Assembly: GCA_037386325.1 (NCBI GenBank)
Contig: JARRMB010000015.1
Span: 1-41,243 of the forward strand
DNA: 41,243 nt
DNA from: Candidatus Bathyarchaeota archaeon
GTDB taxonomy: Archaea > Thermoproteota > Bathyarchaeia > Bathyarchaeales > Bathyarchaeaceae
Direction of reading: 5' to 3'
In this document: positions 9,466 to 18,562 of the stretch, one piece after another
How positions within the stretch are numbered: the first letter of the stretch is position 1
Layout: every line of letters starts with the position of its first letter
Made by a program: the position numbers and the translations under genes
The notes under the pieces: model-generated
What the model saw: only the letters and a program-made list of their open reading frames with translations
Database searches by the model: none
Told to the model about the DNA's origin: nothing

Positions 9466-10110
9466 GTGAACTTAATGTCACTAAAGGATTTTCTAGAAAA
9501 AATTCAGGAAGATTTAAACGATAAAGAGAAAGTTCGGGAAGAAATTCAGAGAGATATGAGAAGAGCAACTCGACTTTCTAAGCAAGCAATACAGATGACT
9601 CATCAAGAAAGATTTAATGATGCTATATCATTACTTAATGAAGCAAAAGACCTTTTTTTGAAACTTCGAGAAATCTCAAAAAAATATCCGTATATTTTTT
9701 ATAGTGGATTTGTTGCAGCTGCATTTGAGGAACATGCTGAGGCTAAAATATTTCTTACTTTAATTAAGGAAGATCGTTTTGTTGGACCAAAAGAGATTGA
9801 TGTTCCAATAATCCCATATTTATTGTCTTTAGGGGATGTAATAGGGGAACTTAGAAGAAGAGTTTTGGATTTAATTCGAAAAGGTGATATAAAAACATCT
9901 GAGAAATGTTTAGAGATAATGGAAGATATATATTTAGAATTAACAGCTCTGGATGACGCCTACGTTATAGTCAATGGACTAAGACGAAAATGTGATGTTG
10001 CTAGACGATTAATTGAATTAACCCGTGGAGACATTACTATAGAAGTTCGAAGAAATTCATTAGAAAAGTCAATCTTAAAATTAGAGAAAAAAATAGAAAA
10101 AAAGGATTAA
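9466..10110 (+). CDS. translin-family protein
   Basis: 214-aa helical protein with the translin-like motif YLLSLGDVIGELRRRVLD. GTG start at 9466; an alternative ATG at 9475 is possible. Confidence 0.55.
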   Translation: MNLMSLKDFLEKIQEDLNDKEKVREEIQRDMRRATRLSKQAIQMTHQERFNDAISLLNEAKDLFLKLREISKKYPYIFYSGFVAAAFEEHAEAKIFLTLIKEDRFVGPKEIDVPIIPYLLSLGDVIGELRRRVLDLIRKGDIKTSEKCLEIMEDIYLELTALDDAYVIVNGLRRKCDVARRLIELTRGDITIEVRRNSLEKSILKLEKKIEKKD

Positions 10111-10312
10111 AGGTTAAAAAATAAGTTGATTCAGTACTAAAATTTTTTAATCAAAATGTAAAATAGATCCTTTTCTTAATTATTTTCTGGAAGATGCTAT
10201 TTCTTTTTTTGTAGTTATTAGAGTTTGAAATTCCTTACCAAGATATTGAATGTGGAGTTCAGATTCATAAATGATTAATTAGCGAAAGGTTTCTTTAATC
10301 TTGTTTCAATAG

Positions 10313-11044
10313 GTGTTATCTTTGACAGCGATTCCCCAGATTCCTGAAAATGTAGTGCAAAGGAAGATTATTGTCTATAAAGCAAGGGTAGATCCTGCTA
10401 CTTTAAAACAAACTGCAGAAGAAATGAAAAATGAATTGTTTGTAAAACGCTTTTCAAAACCTAAACCAGAAGATATTCATGTGGTTTCGGTGGATAAACA
10501 CTATGAACCGTATATTCTTATTGATGCAAAATATAGAATAGAATATTATTCAAACAAGATTTATACATTTGAAATTGCTGAAAAAGCAAAAGAAGTTAAG
10601 GTTCTTGGACAATCCTTTAAACCTCAATTAATTTCTGTTCCGGATAGCGAACCAGAGCAGTTTCGTAAAGTTGTAAGTATTGAAGGCCAGGAATTATCAT
10701 TTTATGAGGATAAAGCGTATTTCATTCTTGATAAAAAGGGAAATGAAATCTCTCCAGATCAAGTTCCAATAGCTCCGTCCGAAGATAACCCGAAAAAAAT
10801 ATTGAAAGAATTCGGGAAGAACGCTGAAAAATTAAAGATAACTAATAAGGGGATATTATCTTTAGCGAAATCCAAATTGATAAACAGACCTAAAGAAGTA
10901 GAGAATATTGAAAATGAATTATTTCAAGTAACTGAGTATGCAATAATCTACAATCCAGTTTACAAAATAACTTTCAGAAATACAAAAAACAAGGAAGAAA
11001 AAACCGTCAGTATCGATGGTGTTACAGCCGAAATAATAAAATAA
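10313..11044 (+). CDS. hypothetical protein (243 aa)
   Basis: Long ORF with a GTG start and coding-like composition. No family recognised. Confidence 0.45.
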   Translation: MLSLTAIPQIPENVVQRKIIVYKARVDPATLKQTAEEMKNELFVKRFSKPKPEDIHVVSVDKHYEPYILIDAKYRIEYYSNKIYTFEIAEKAKEVKVLGQSFKPQLISVPDSEPEQFRKVVSIEGQELSFYEDKAYFILDKKGNEISPDQVPIAPSEDNPKKILKEFGKNAEKLKITNKGILSLAKSKLINRPKEVENIENELFQVTEYAIIYNPVYKITFRNTKNKEEKTVSIDGVTAEIIK

Positions 11045-11180
11045 TTCTAAAAATAAAAATTATCATTTGAATAATCTTAATACATTAAGTTCAATGGGTG
11101 CGCTTAGATTCTATATAATATTAAAAATAGAAAATAGGAAAACAATACAGATTTCCTTATTTTTTAGGATGATAGATTAT

Positions 11181-11642
11181 TTAATTTTCAGATAATACGC
11201 AATCATCATATTCTTTTTCAAGTTTGTTCTTATGCGAGAGCTCTTCTTGAGCTAATTTTGAGAATATTTCACCAATTTGTCCTTTTAATCCTAAAGCTAA
11301 TGTTCTATAATAATCATAACTTGTCTTTTCACGTTTCGCAGCATAAACTAGAATTGCTTCATAATCTGCGGTAGCAGATAGTGGACTATCTTCCATCATA
11401 TCAACGATTTTGAGGTCCTGAATTGGACCGCTATGAAAACCTAATTCTGAAATTTTATTTTCGTCATTCATTATTGCCTGAAGTTTACTTTTGTGACCTT
11501 TCTCTTCGGCTACTAACTGTTTAAGAAAAACTTTAGATGAAGGATATTTGGCATTTTCTAAAGCCATTGTATAAAGAGCAATAGATTGTTCTTCAACATC
11601 TATTGCTGCTTTAATAATCTTTTTCCAATTAATATCAACCAA
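11181..11642 (-). CDS. rubrerythrin/ferritin-like diiron domain protein
   Basis: 153 aa with two E..H-containing helices (LVAEEKGHKSKL and AQEELSHKNKLE), typical of rubrerythrin-type four-helix bundles. TTG start preceded by GAGGAG. Confidence 0.7.
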   Translation of the reverse strand: MVDINWKKIIKAAIDVEEQSIALYTMALENAKYPSSKVFLKQLVAEEKGHKSKLQAIMNDENKISELGFHSGPIQDLKIVDMMEDSPLSATADYEAILVYAAKREKTSYDYYRTLALGLKGQIGEIFSKLAQEELSHKNKLEKEYDDCVLSEN

Positions 11643-11773
11643 CTATAACTCCTCTTAGAAACTTTTTGTGGTCATTCATGAAACATAAAGTTTTCGTGAA
11701 ACTTAAAGAATCAGGAGTCATTTTTTTACTCTATGTTCCTTAAAATATTCATCAGTTGTAGAGCATAAAGACT

Positions 11774-12133
11774 CTACTTTTTCTTTCCTTTTTTGGTCTC
11801 GATCTTGTCATCCTGACGCTTTCTATTTACAGTTATGCAATCATCCACCATACAATTAGCAACGCACGCAGTACAATATACGCACAAATCGTCGACTATC
11901 CCAATTTCACCAGTCTTCCAGTACAAAGCATTAGTTGGACAAACTTTTACACAGAAATTACACTCTATTCCTCTGCAGGTTCGCATATCTATTTTTATAT
12001 TTCCTTCTCTAAAACGGTCTTTAACTCCAATTGAGTCGAGAAGTTCGGAGCGTTTATTCGTTGGGACATTTTCTTTAGGTGCTTCTTCAAGGAGATCAAA
12101 AATATTCACTTCCCTTTCGTCTTCTTTTGACAA
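11774..12133 (-). CDS. 4Fe-4S ferredoxin-domain protein
   Basis: The motifs CRGIECNFCVKVCP and CVYCTACVANC form two CxxCxxC(xxx)C(P)-like cluster motifs. Confidence 0.7.
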   Translation of the reverse strand: MSKEDEREVNIFDLLEEAPKENVPTNKRSELLDSIGVKDRFREGNIKIDMRTCRGIECNFCVKVCPTNALYWKTGEIGIVDDLCVYCTACVANCMVDDCITVNRKRQDDKIETKKGKKK

Positions 12134-12310
12134 TATAATTAATCTCCTCTTAAGCTTCTACAAAGTATTCAGAGTTATCTTCCTACAAAATGTTACCGAT
12201 TATTTTTAGTGGTAGTAAATCTAATTATTTGAAATAAGATATTATTTTGCATGAACATTTTTATTTCAGATTAAAACAAGACAGATCAATAGCCTCATAC
12301 GTGATGGAAG

Positions 12311-13168
12311 GTGGCTAACAAATACAAAGTTGTTGCAATTGAAACTAATTATTGGAAACCGAAAGATAATTACATTAAACAAATAATCCAGGCAATTGAG
12401 ACAATAATAGAAAATGGAGATATCATTACCGTTTCAGAAAAAGCAATTTCTACAGCATTAGGTAACTTAATTGATGAAGATAATATAAAACCAACTAAAA
12501 TTGCAGTTATCATCGCCAAATATTGGATGCGAATTATTTGGCCCTATTTCCTTGGACCAATATGTCACTTAAGAGAAAAAACCATACAAAATCTTCGTTC
12601 ATATCCAATAAAAAAAGGCAGCAAGCATAAACAATTAACCTTAGAACGAAGCGGTTTTTTTCCAACACTTATGCATGGATCAGAGGGTGGAATTGATGGA
12701 AGCAATATTCCTTATTCATATGTGAGTTTACCTCTAAAAAATAGTCAAGATATAGCCAATAAATTATGTAAACAAATAAGGAACGACCTTGGAAAATCCG
12801 TGACTGTAGTGATAGTTGATACAGATAAAACATATTCACTAAATTCTTTCCATTTTACACCCCATCCATTACCAATCAAAGGAATACATTCTGGTGGAGG
12901 AGTTTTTGCATATATTATAGGTAGATTCCTAAAATTGAAAAAACGAGCAACCCCTTTAGCAGTTGTTGGAGCAAGATTTTCAACTGAAGAAGCAATAGAA
13001 ATCGCGAGAATAGCTAATCGAGCGCGAAAAGGTGGAGCTGGAAAAACAGTTTGGGAAATGGCTCAAACATTCAACGTTAATTTAAATCAGGTCAATTGGA
13101 AAATGCTTGCTTCTGTTAGACATTATCCAATAGTAATCTTAAGATCCAAAACACAAATGAAGAAGTGA
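12311..13168 (+). CDS. CofE (F420-0:gamma-glutamyl ligase)-like domain protein
   Basis: 285 aa. The pattern GDIITVSEKAIS...GGIDGSNIP...GKSVTVVIVDTDKTY parallels CofE (VV.STV.SKAEG...NAGIDASNV...GK.VGVIITDT.GR). The C-terminal part diverges. Confidence 0.5.
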   Translation: MANKYKVVAIETNYWKPKDNYIKQIIQAIETIIENGDIITVSEKAISTALGNLIDEDNIKPTKIAVIIAKYWMRIIWPYFLGPICHLREKTIQNLRSYPIKKGSKHKQLTLERSGFFPTLMHGSEGGIDGSNIPYSYVSLPLKNSQDIANKLCKQIRNDLGKSVTVVIVDTDKTYSLNSFHFTPHPLPIKGIHSGGGVFAYIIGRFLKLKKRATPLAVVGARFSTEEAIEIARIANRARKGGAGKTVWEMAQTFNVNLNQVNWKMLASVRHYPIVILRSKTQMKK

Positions 13169-13201
13169 TATCAAATTTACATATTCAAGGAGGAAAAGGA
13201 A

Positions 13202-14695
13202 ATGGCATCAGAAGTGAATCAGATGCAAATATTTTTTGATCCTAAAGGAGTTGCAATAATAGGTGCCTCACGAAGAACAATGAAAGCAGGACATGTTATT
13301 TTCAAAAATTTTGTTATTAATAAACAACGAGGACTCTTCAAAGCAAATCTTTATCCTGTCAATCCTAATGAAAAAACAATTCAAGGATTTCCTTGTTATT
13401 CCTCAATTTTAGATATAAAAGATGAGGTTGATTTAGCAGTTATTGTTGTTCCTGCCAAAATTGTTCCCAATGTTATGAAGGAAGTCGGTAAAAAAGGAGT
13501 AAAAGCAGCAGTAATAATAACTTCAGGATTTAGTGAAGTTGGTAATAAGAAACTTGAAGAAGAGGTTACGCAGATTGCAAAAAATGCTGGAATTCGAGTT
13601 CTTGGTCCAAATTGCTTAGGTGTATACGATTCCAAAACTGGAGTAGATATGTTATTCTTACCTGAAACTAAAACTCTTACAACAGGAGATGAAGTAGTTG
13701 CCACTCCTCGACCAATGGCAGGTCCCACAGCAATAGTAACACAAAGCGGTGCTTTCGGTGCTGCCGCTTTGGATTATCTGTCAGGTAAACAGATGGGCGT
13801 AAGTAAATTTGTGAGCTTTGGTAACAAAGCAGATGTTACTGCATCAGAGATGCTTAATTTCCTTCTCCATGACAAAAGTACACAGGTTATTCTATTCTAT
13901 GCAGAAAGTATCACTGATGGAAGAGAATTCATGAAAATTGCCCGAAAGGTCACCCCCAAAAAACCCATTATCGCCTTAAAAGTTGGACGATCGGAAGCAG
14001 GAGCCAGAGCAGCTTCATCTCATACAGGGTCAATAGCTGGAACAGATGAAATTTATTCTAGCGCTTTTAAGCAGGTAGGTGTTTTGAGAGCAGGTGACTT
14101 GGAAGAGTTTTTTGATATGGGAAAAGCTTTGGCTTTTCAATCTCCGGTCGCAGGGAATAATATTGCAATAATCACTGATGCTGGAGGACCAGGTATCATG
14201 GCTGTGGACGAATGCATAAAACAGGGATTACAAGTGAAGAAGTTCTCAGATGAAACTATATCAAAATTTGAGAGGCTAAAACAGGATGGAAGAATCCCAC
14301 GTTTTGCAACCAATATGAATCCAGTTGATTTAACTGGTTCTGTGACTTCTGAAATGTTTGAAGAAGGAATACAGATTCTTTTTGAGGACCCTCAAATAGA
14401 CGGAATTATCGTTTTAGGTTTGCATCATCTCCCAGCTCTTCAAGAAGACTTTGTTGATCGTGTTTATCGTCTGAGTAAGAAATACAACAAATCTGTTGTT
14501 GCTTGTGATGTGGGAGAAACTGAGATGGCCCTATATATACGTTCAAGGTTTGATAGACTCGGAATACCCGCATATTTCTCCCCTGAAGATGCTGCCCGTG
14601 GAATGGCGGCATTGGTAAACTATGGATCATATTTAAAGAAGTGTGGACAATTTGAAAATTATCTACAATCGTTTAGAAAACGTAAAAATTCTTAG
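13202..14695 (+). CDS. ADP-forming acetyl/acyl-CoA synthetase, alpha-type subunit (CoA-binding plus CoA-ligase domains)
   Basis: 497 aa. FDPKGVAIIGASRR...YPVNP...GFPCYSS matches the CoA-binding domain. GPNCLG, TQSGA and the phosphohistidine-loop ASSHTGSIAG are present. Strong SD AGGAGG upstream. Confidence 0.8.
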   Translation: MASEVNQMQIFFDPKGVAIIGASRRTMKAGHVIFKNFVINKQRGLFKANLYPVNPNEKTIQGFPCYSSILDIKDEVDLAVIVVPAKIVPNVMKEVGKKGVKAAVIITSGFSEVGNKKLEEEVTQIAKNAGIRVLGPNCLGVYDSKTGVDMLFLPETKTLTTGDEVVATPRPMAGPTAIVTQSGAFGAAALDYLSGKQMGVSKFVSFGNKADVTASEMLNFLLHDKSTQVILFYAESITDGREFMKIARKVTPKKPIIALKVGRSEAGARAASSHTGSIAGTDEIYSSAFKQVGVLRAGDLEEFFDMGKALAFQSPVAGNNIAIITDAGGPGIMAVDECIKQGLQVKKFSDETISKFERLKQDGRIPRFATNMNPVDLTGSVTSEMFEEGIQILFEDPQIDGIIVLGLHHLPALQEDFVDRVYRLSKKYNKSVVACDVGETEMALYIRSRFDRLGIPAYFSPEDAARGMAALVNYGSYLKKCGQFENYLQSFRKRKNS

Positions 14696-14711
14696 AATAT
14701 TAAAAGATTTA

Positions 14712-15074
14712 TCAAGATTGCTTTTTAAGCCATTGACCGACCTTTTGGAAAAGGTTGCTTGTTGACATATCTATAACAGGGACCATGATCCTTTCTTTTG
14801 TTTCAATTATCGCTTTATATTGAGGCATTAGTGCATAACTTACAAATGCCCAGAATACCTTTTTTTCCTCAATTAGAGCTTTTGCAGCAATTTCTGTTGA
14901 TGTAGGTAATGGATAATAAATAAAAACGACACCGTTTGCCCAATACAATCCTGTGGTTTTTCCACCTACAGCAATGTTTGCGAATCTAGCCAAATCATCT
15001 ATTGTATTAAAACGGGTTTGTTCCATAATTATTATTTCCTTGAAAGATTCGGCCTTGATTTCTGGTTCTACCAT
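14712..15074 (-). CDS. hypothetical protein (120 aa)
   Basis: ORF only. It lies 80 nt downstream of the MBL nuclease gene on the same strand. Confidence 0.4.
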   Translation of the reverse strand: MVEPEIKAESFKEIIIMEQTRFNTIDDLARFANIAVGGKTTGLYWANGVVFIYYPLPTSTEIAAKALIEEKKVFWAFVSYALMPQYKAIIETKERIMVPVIDMSTSNLFQKVGQWLKKQS

Positions 15075-15153
15075 AAAGAATACTTCCCTAATTCAGTTCA
15101 AGTGTTGACAGGATAATAAGAATTTGGGTTTCAATAATTGATTCAGAGCTTAG

Positions 15154-16224
15154 TTATATTGGTGCGGCCTTTGCTGGAATGTTTAGTCTTTTTTCGATTT
15201 CTTTTGCAAAGATTTTTGCAGCTTCAGAACGATATCTATCTGTTATAACCATTCTGGGATTGCATCGTTCAACATATTCTAGCAATTCGTTAAAGTCAGA
15301 ATGATCGCTTAACGCAATTACATATTCATTCTGTTTAATCCTTCGACAAGGTTTCCTGAATTCCCAACCACTTGCAGAAATTCGTAGAGCCTGTCCCTGG
15401 ATTTTTCTCCTAGAATAGGAATGATAAAAAACAATACAAGGTTCATTATGATTTATCATTAATTGGGACTGTTCGCCATCCAATGGAAGAAGTTGTCTAC
15501 CTAGTCTCATTCCATGTTGTTCACAAACTTTTGAAACTCTAAAAATTTTTTCAGGAACAATGAAGGGCATCTTAATTTTCGCTTCATACAATATTCTCAT
15601 CATTTTCTGAAGCTTGCCGTGATAACCAAAAACATAAACTGGTCCCCGTTTTAATCCTTGTTCTACCAGAGAAACAAGCATACCTTCTACCATCATACTA
15701 AAGGGTCTAACTCGTGAAGGATGACCATAAGTAGCTTCCATGACTAATAGGTCTACATCTAATATGGGGGTTTTAGAAAATCTAAAATCACTTGTGTAGA
15801 GGATTCTTGTTTGTTCTTTATCTTCGATTAGAACTTGAGCAGTCCCCAATATATGGTCAGCATAATGCAATGTCATTGTTTCATCTTCATAAACAAAAGA
15901 TTCTCCATAATCTAGAGTTTTTAATGGTCCTCTCGAAAGAAACCGAGGGCCTTTCAAAGCAAGTATCATGTCTCTAGTAGCGGGGGTCATCACAGTTACC
16001 TTACAGTTTTTAAGACTCTTTCCTAATCCAACCATATGGTCAGCATGTGCATGAGTAACAACTCTTATTGGCCTATTTTCATCATAAGCATCGCAAGCTA
16101 CGTGTTTGCCTAAAAGAACTGCACCTAATTTGGTAACATTAGCTTTAGATTGGATATACTGTGTTTCACTCACTTTCAGCTTCCCCAATTTATGAAATTG
16201 ATAAATAGGGAAACTATTAAACAA
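15154..16224 (-). CDS. MBL-fold / beta-CASP-like nuclease (SNM1 or ligase-associated exonuclease-like)
   Basis: 356 aa. It has the HxHxDH motif VVTHAHADHMVG, later YADHILG and EATYG. The C-terminal ALSDHSDFNELLEYVERCNP resembles beta-CASP motif C. Confidence 0.65.
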   Translation of the reverse strand: MFNSFPIYQFHKLGKLKVSETQYIQSKANVTKLGAVLLGKHVACDAYDENRPIRVVTHAHADHMVGLGKSLKNCKVTVMTPATRDMILALKGPRFLSRGPLKTLDYGESFVYEDETMTLHYADHILGTAQVLIEDKEQTRILYTSDFRFSKTPILDVDLLVMEATYGHPSRVRPFSMMVEGMLVSLVEQGLKRGPVYVFGYHGKLQKMMRILYEAKIKMPFIVPEKIFRVSKVCEQHGMRLGRQLLPLDGEQSQLMINHNEPCIVFYHSYSRRKIQGQALRISASGWEFRKPCRRIKQNEYVIALSDHSDFNELLEYVERCNPRMVITDRYRSEAAKIFAKEIEKRLNIPAKAAPI

Positions 16225-16308
16225 TTCTTGATTCTTTATTCTTAAAATTAATACAAAAATAGGTTAGTAATTAAAGGTATTAAATTTGATTGTAAACAAA
16301 AAGCACAC

Positions 16309-16938
16309 TTAATTCTCTTTCGGACTTAGCATACAGTCAACCATCTTTGGACATACAAAACAAACCTGAGGAATTGGTTCATCTTTTGGTCGGTTTGACA
16401 AGTATCCAAAACTTTGAGGACATCCTGAATGGGTATCTTGTTTGTTTGTAGATCCAATATTCTTCTGATTTTCGAGTTTAGGGGTTTTGAATCCAATATT
16501 ATCGTCTAGATGATTTTCTTTTTCAACTGAAATTTCCAGATCAGATTCAGATTCTTTCGGTTTTTGTTTCCTATCTTTTTTTGGACTACTTGAACCAGGA
16601 ATCAATGATTTTACTTTACTAAAGAAACCAGATCCTGAATCTTCTTTCTCCTGACCATCATTAGTGGGTTCATCTAAATTTTCCTCAAATTCTTCAAATT
16701 CCAAAGTTTCATTCTCAAAAATGGGTTCTTCAGGAACGACTTTTTGAATTTCCTGTTCAGAGGTTTTATCATTATCAATCAGAGACTGAGTCTCTAAACT
16801 GGCGAAACAAAAGGGGCAGGCCATGTATTGTTTTGGAGGACTAACTGAGTTGACAGTTAAAACTATAGACTCCTTGAATTGCCTATTACATTTGGGATTT
16901 GGACAAATAACAACTGAGGATTCTTCCAGCAATCTCAC
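16309..16938 (-). CDS. zinc-ribbon protein with an acidic low-complexity linker
   Basis: 209 aa. N-terminal CPNPKC...CPFC, central E/D/K/S-rich segment, C-terminal GCPQSFGYL...CFVCPKMVDC. Confidence 0.5.
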   Translation of the reverse strand: MRLLEESSVVICPNPKCNRQFKESIVLTVNSVSPPKQYMACPFCFASLETQSLIDNDKTSEQEIQKVVPEEPIFENETLEFEEFEENLDEPTNDGQEKEDSGSGFFSKVKSLIPGSSSPKKDRKQKPKESESDLEISVEKENHLDDNIGFKTPKLENQKNIGSTNKQDTHSGCPQSFGYLSNRPKDEPIPQVCFVCPKMVDCMLSPKEN

Positions 16939-17107
16939 CGCATCTCGGATATGTGATAAATAGAGTTGCTCTATTTTACGTATTTAGGTTTAATGAATTC
17001 AAGATCTATACACATAATCTCATTAAAAATAATATTTGTATAACTTTAAATCAGGGGTATTCTAATTTTTTGTATAATTGGTTGATGCAAAGTTTTTGGT
17101 GGAACTT

Positions 17108-18562
17108 ATGGTTTTACAGATTTATAATACGATGAGTGGTGAATTAGAAGACTTTAGACCTCTAAATGAGAAACAAGTTGGAGTTTATGTTTGTGGACCT
17201 ACAGTCTATGATTGGGCTCATTTAGGTCATGCGAGAACATATATTGCGTTTGATATTATTGTTCGTTGGTTAGAATTTAGAGGTTACTCAGTTTTTTATG
17301 TTCAGAATATTACTGATGTCGGTCATCTTTCCACTATTACCTCTGAAGACAAAATTGTGAAACGTGCAAAAGAAAGAAAAGTTAATCCCATGCAGTTAGT
17401 GGAATTTTATATGAGAGAATACTTCAGAGATCTTGATGCATTAGGGGTTAAACGGCCGGACATTTCTCCCAGAGCAACGGGACATCTAATTGAAATTATT
17501 CAGGCAATCAATGCACTAATTCAAAAAGGGTTTGCTTATGAAGTAAATGGAAATGTTTTCTTTGATGTTTCTAAATTTGAAGAATATGGAAAACTTTCAA
17601 AAATTAAAATTGAAGAAATGCTTGAAGGTTCCAGATTTGAAGTTCATGAAGATAAGAAAAATCCTAGAGATTTTGCGCTTTGGAAACGAGCGGGTAAGAA
17701 TACTGTTCTTAAATGGGAGAGTCCATGGGGTTCTGGTTTTCCAGGGTGGCATATAGAGTGTGCCATTATGGGTTTGAAATATTTAGGTAATCAGTTTGAC
17801 ATTCATGGAGGAGCGCGGGATCTTATTTTTCCTCACCATGAGAATGAAATTGCACAAAGTGAAGCTTTGACAGGTAAGAAACCGTTTGTTAGATATTGGA
17901 TGCATACCGGTTTTTTAAAAATTAATGGGGAAAAAATGTCAAAATCGTTAAATAATTACATTACTGTTAGAGAGGCATTAGAAAAATATTCTGCTGAAGC
18001 TATCCGTCTATTTGTTCTATTAACCCATTATAGAAATGAAATAGATTTCACGGATAGGAAACTTGAAGAAGCTGAGAATAATTTGAGAAAGCTCTATTAT
18101 ACATTGAACTTATTAAAGGATGCAAAAAAATTTTCAAAGAATCGAGAACCTAATAATTCTGAAATAATTTTCGAGAATGAAATTGAAAAGATTAAAATCA
18201 AATTTGAGGAAGGAATGGATGAGGATTTCAATACTCCAAAGGCGATTTCTGCACTTTTTGAGATGTCAAAAGGGATTAATAGATTTCTATCAGAAAATGA
18301 AAAACTTAGTACTAAAACTTTGAATAACATTTATAACAAATTTTCAGAGATCAGCAAATCGTTGGGTTTATTGCAGCAAAAAAAGATTAAAGATGCAGAA
18401 CTGAAGATTGTTGATGATTTAATTCAACTTCTTTTTGATTTAAGAGAGGAATTACGCAGGGATGGAAATTATGAATTGTCGGATGAAATAAGAGCCCGAA
18501 TGAAAAAGTCAGGTTTAATTATAGAGGATACTGCTGAGGGACCGAAGTGGAAGATAACCTAG
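17108..18562 (+). CDS. cysS: cysteinyl-tRNA synthetase
   Basis: Motifs are HLGHARTY (HIGH), WGSGFPGWHIEC and KMSKS. I place the start at ATG 17108 (MVLQIYNTMSGE..., the usual CysRS N-terminus) rather than the track's TTG at 17078. Confidence 0.9.
   Translation: MVLQIYNTMSGELEDFRPLNEKQVGVYVCGPTVYDWAHLGHARTYIAFDIIVRWLEFRGYSVFYVQNITDVGHLSTITSEDKIVKRAKERKVNPMQLVEFYMREYFRDLDALGVKRPDISPRATGHLIEIIQAINALIQKGFAYEVNGNVFFDVSKFEEYGKLSKIKIEEMLEGSRFEVHEDKKNPRDFALWKRAGKNTVLKWESPWGSGFPGWHIECAIMGLKYLGNQFDIHGGARDLIFPHHENEIAQSEALTGKKPFVRYWMHTGFLKINGEKMSKSLNNYITVREALEKYSAEAIRLFVLLTHYRNEIDFTDRKLEEAENNLRKLYYTLNLLKDAKKFSKNREPNNSEIIFENEIEKIKIKFEEGMDEDFNTPKAISALFEMSKGINRFLSENEKLSTKTLNNIYNKFSEISKSLGLLQQKKIKDAELKIVDDLIQLLFDLREELRRDGNYELSDEIRARMKKSGLIIEDTAEGPKWKIT

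Noticed and set aside
11690-11745. Possible C/D-box sRNA on the minus strand (TGATGA ... CTGA) upstream of the rubrerythrin-like gene
   Set aside because: The box spacing (about 44 nt total, with no proper C'/D' pair at 12-nt guide distances) does not fit archaeal C/D sRNA architecture.
17078-17107. TTGGTTGA context shared by three track ORF starts (7272, 11642, 17078)
   Set aside because: Three occurrences are too few to interpret. At cysS the TTG is upstream of the conserved N-terminus and probably not the real start. This is likely chance.
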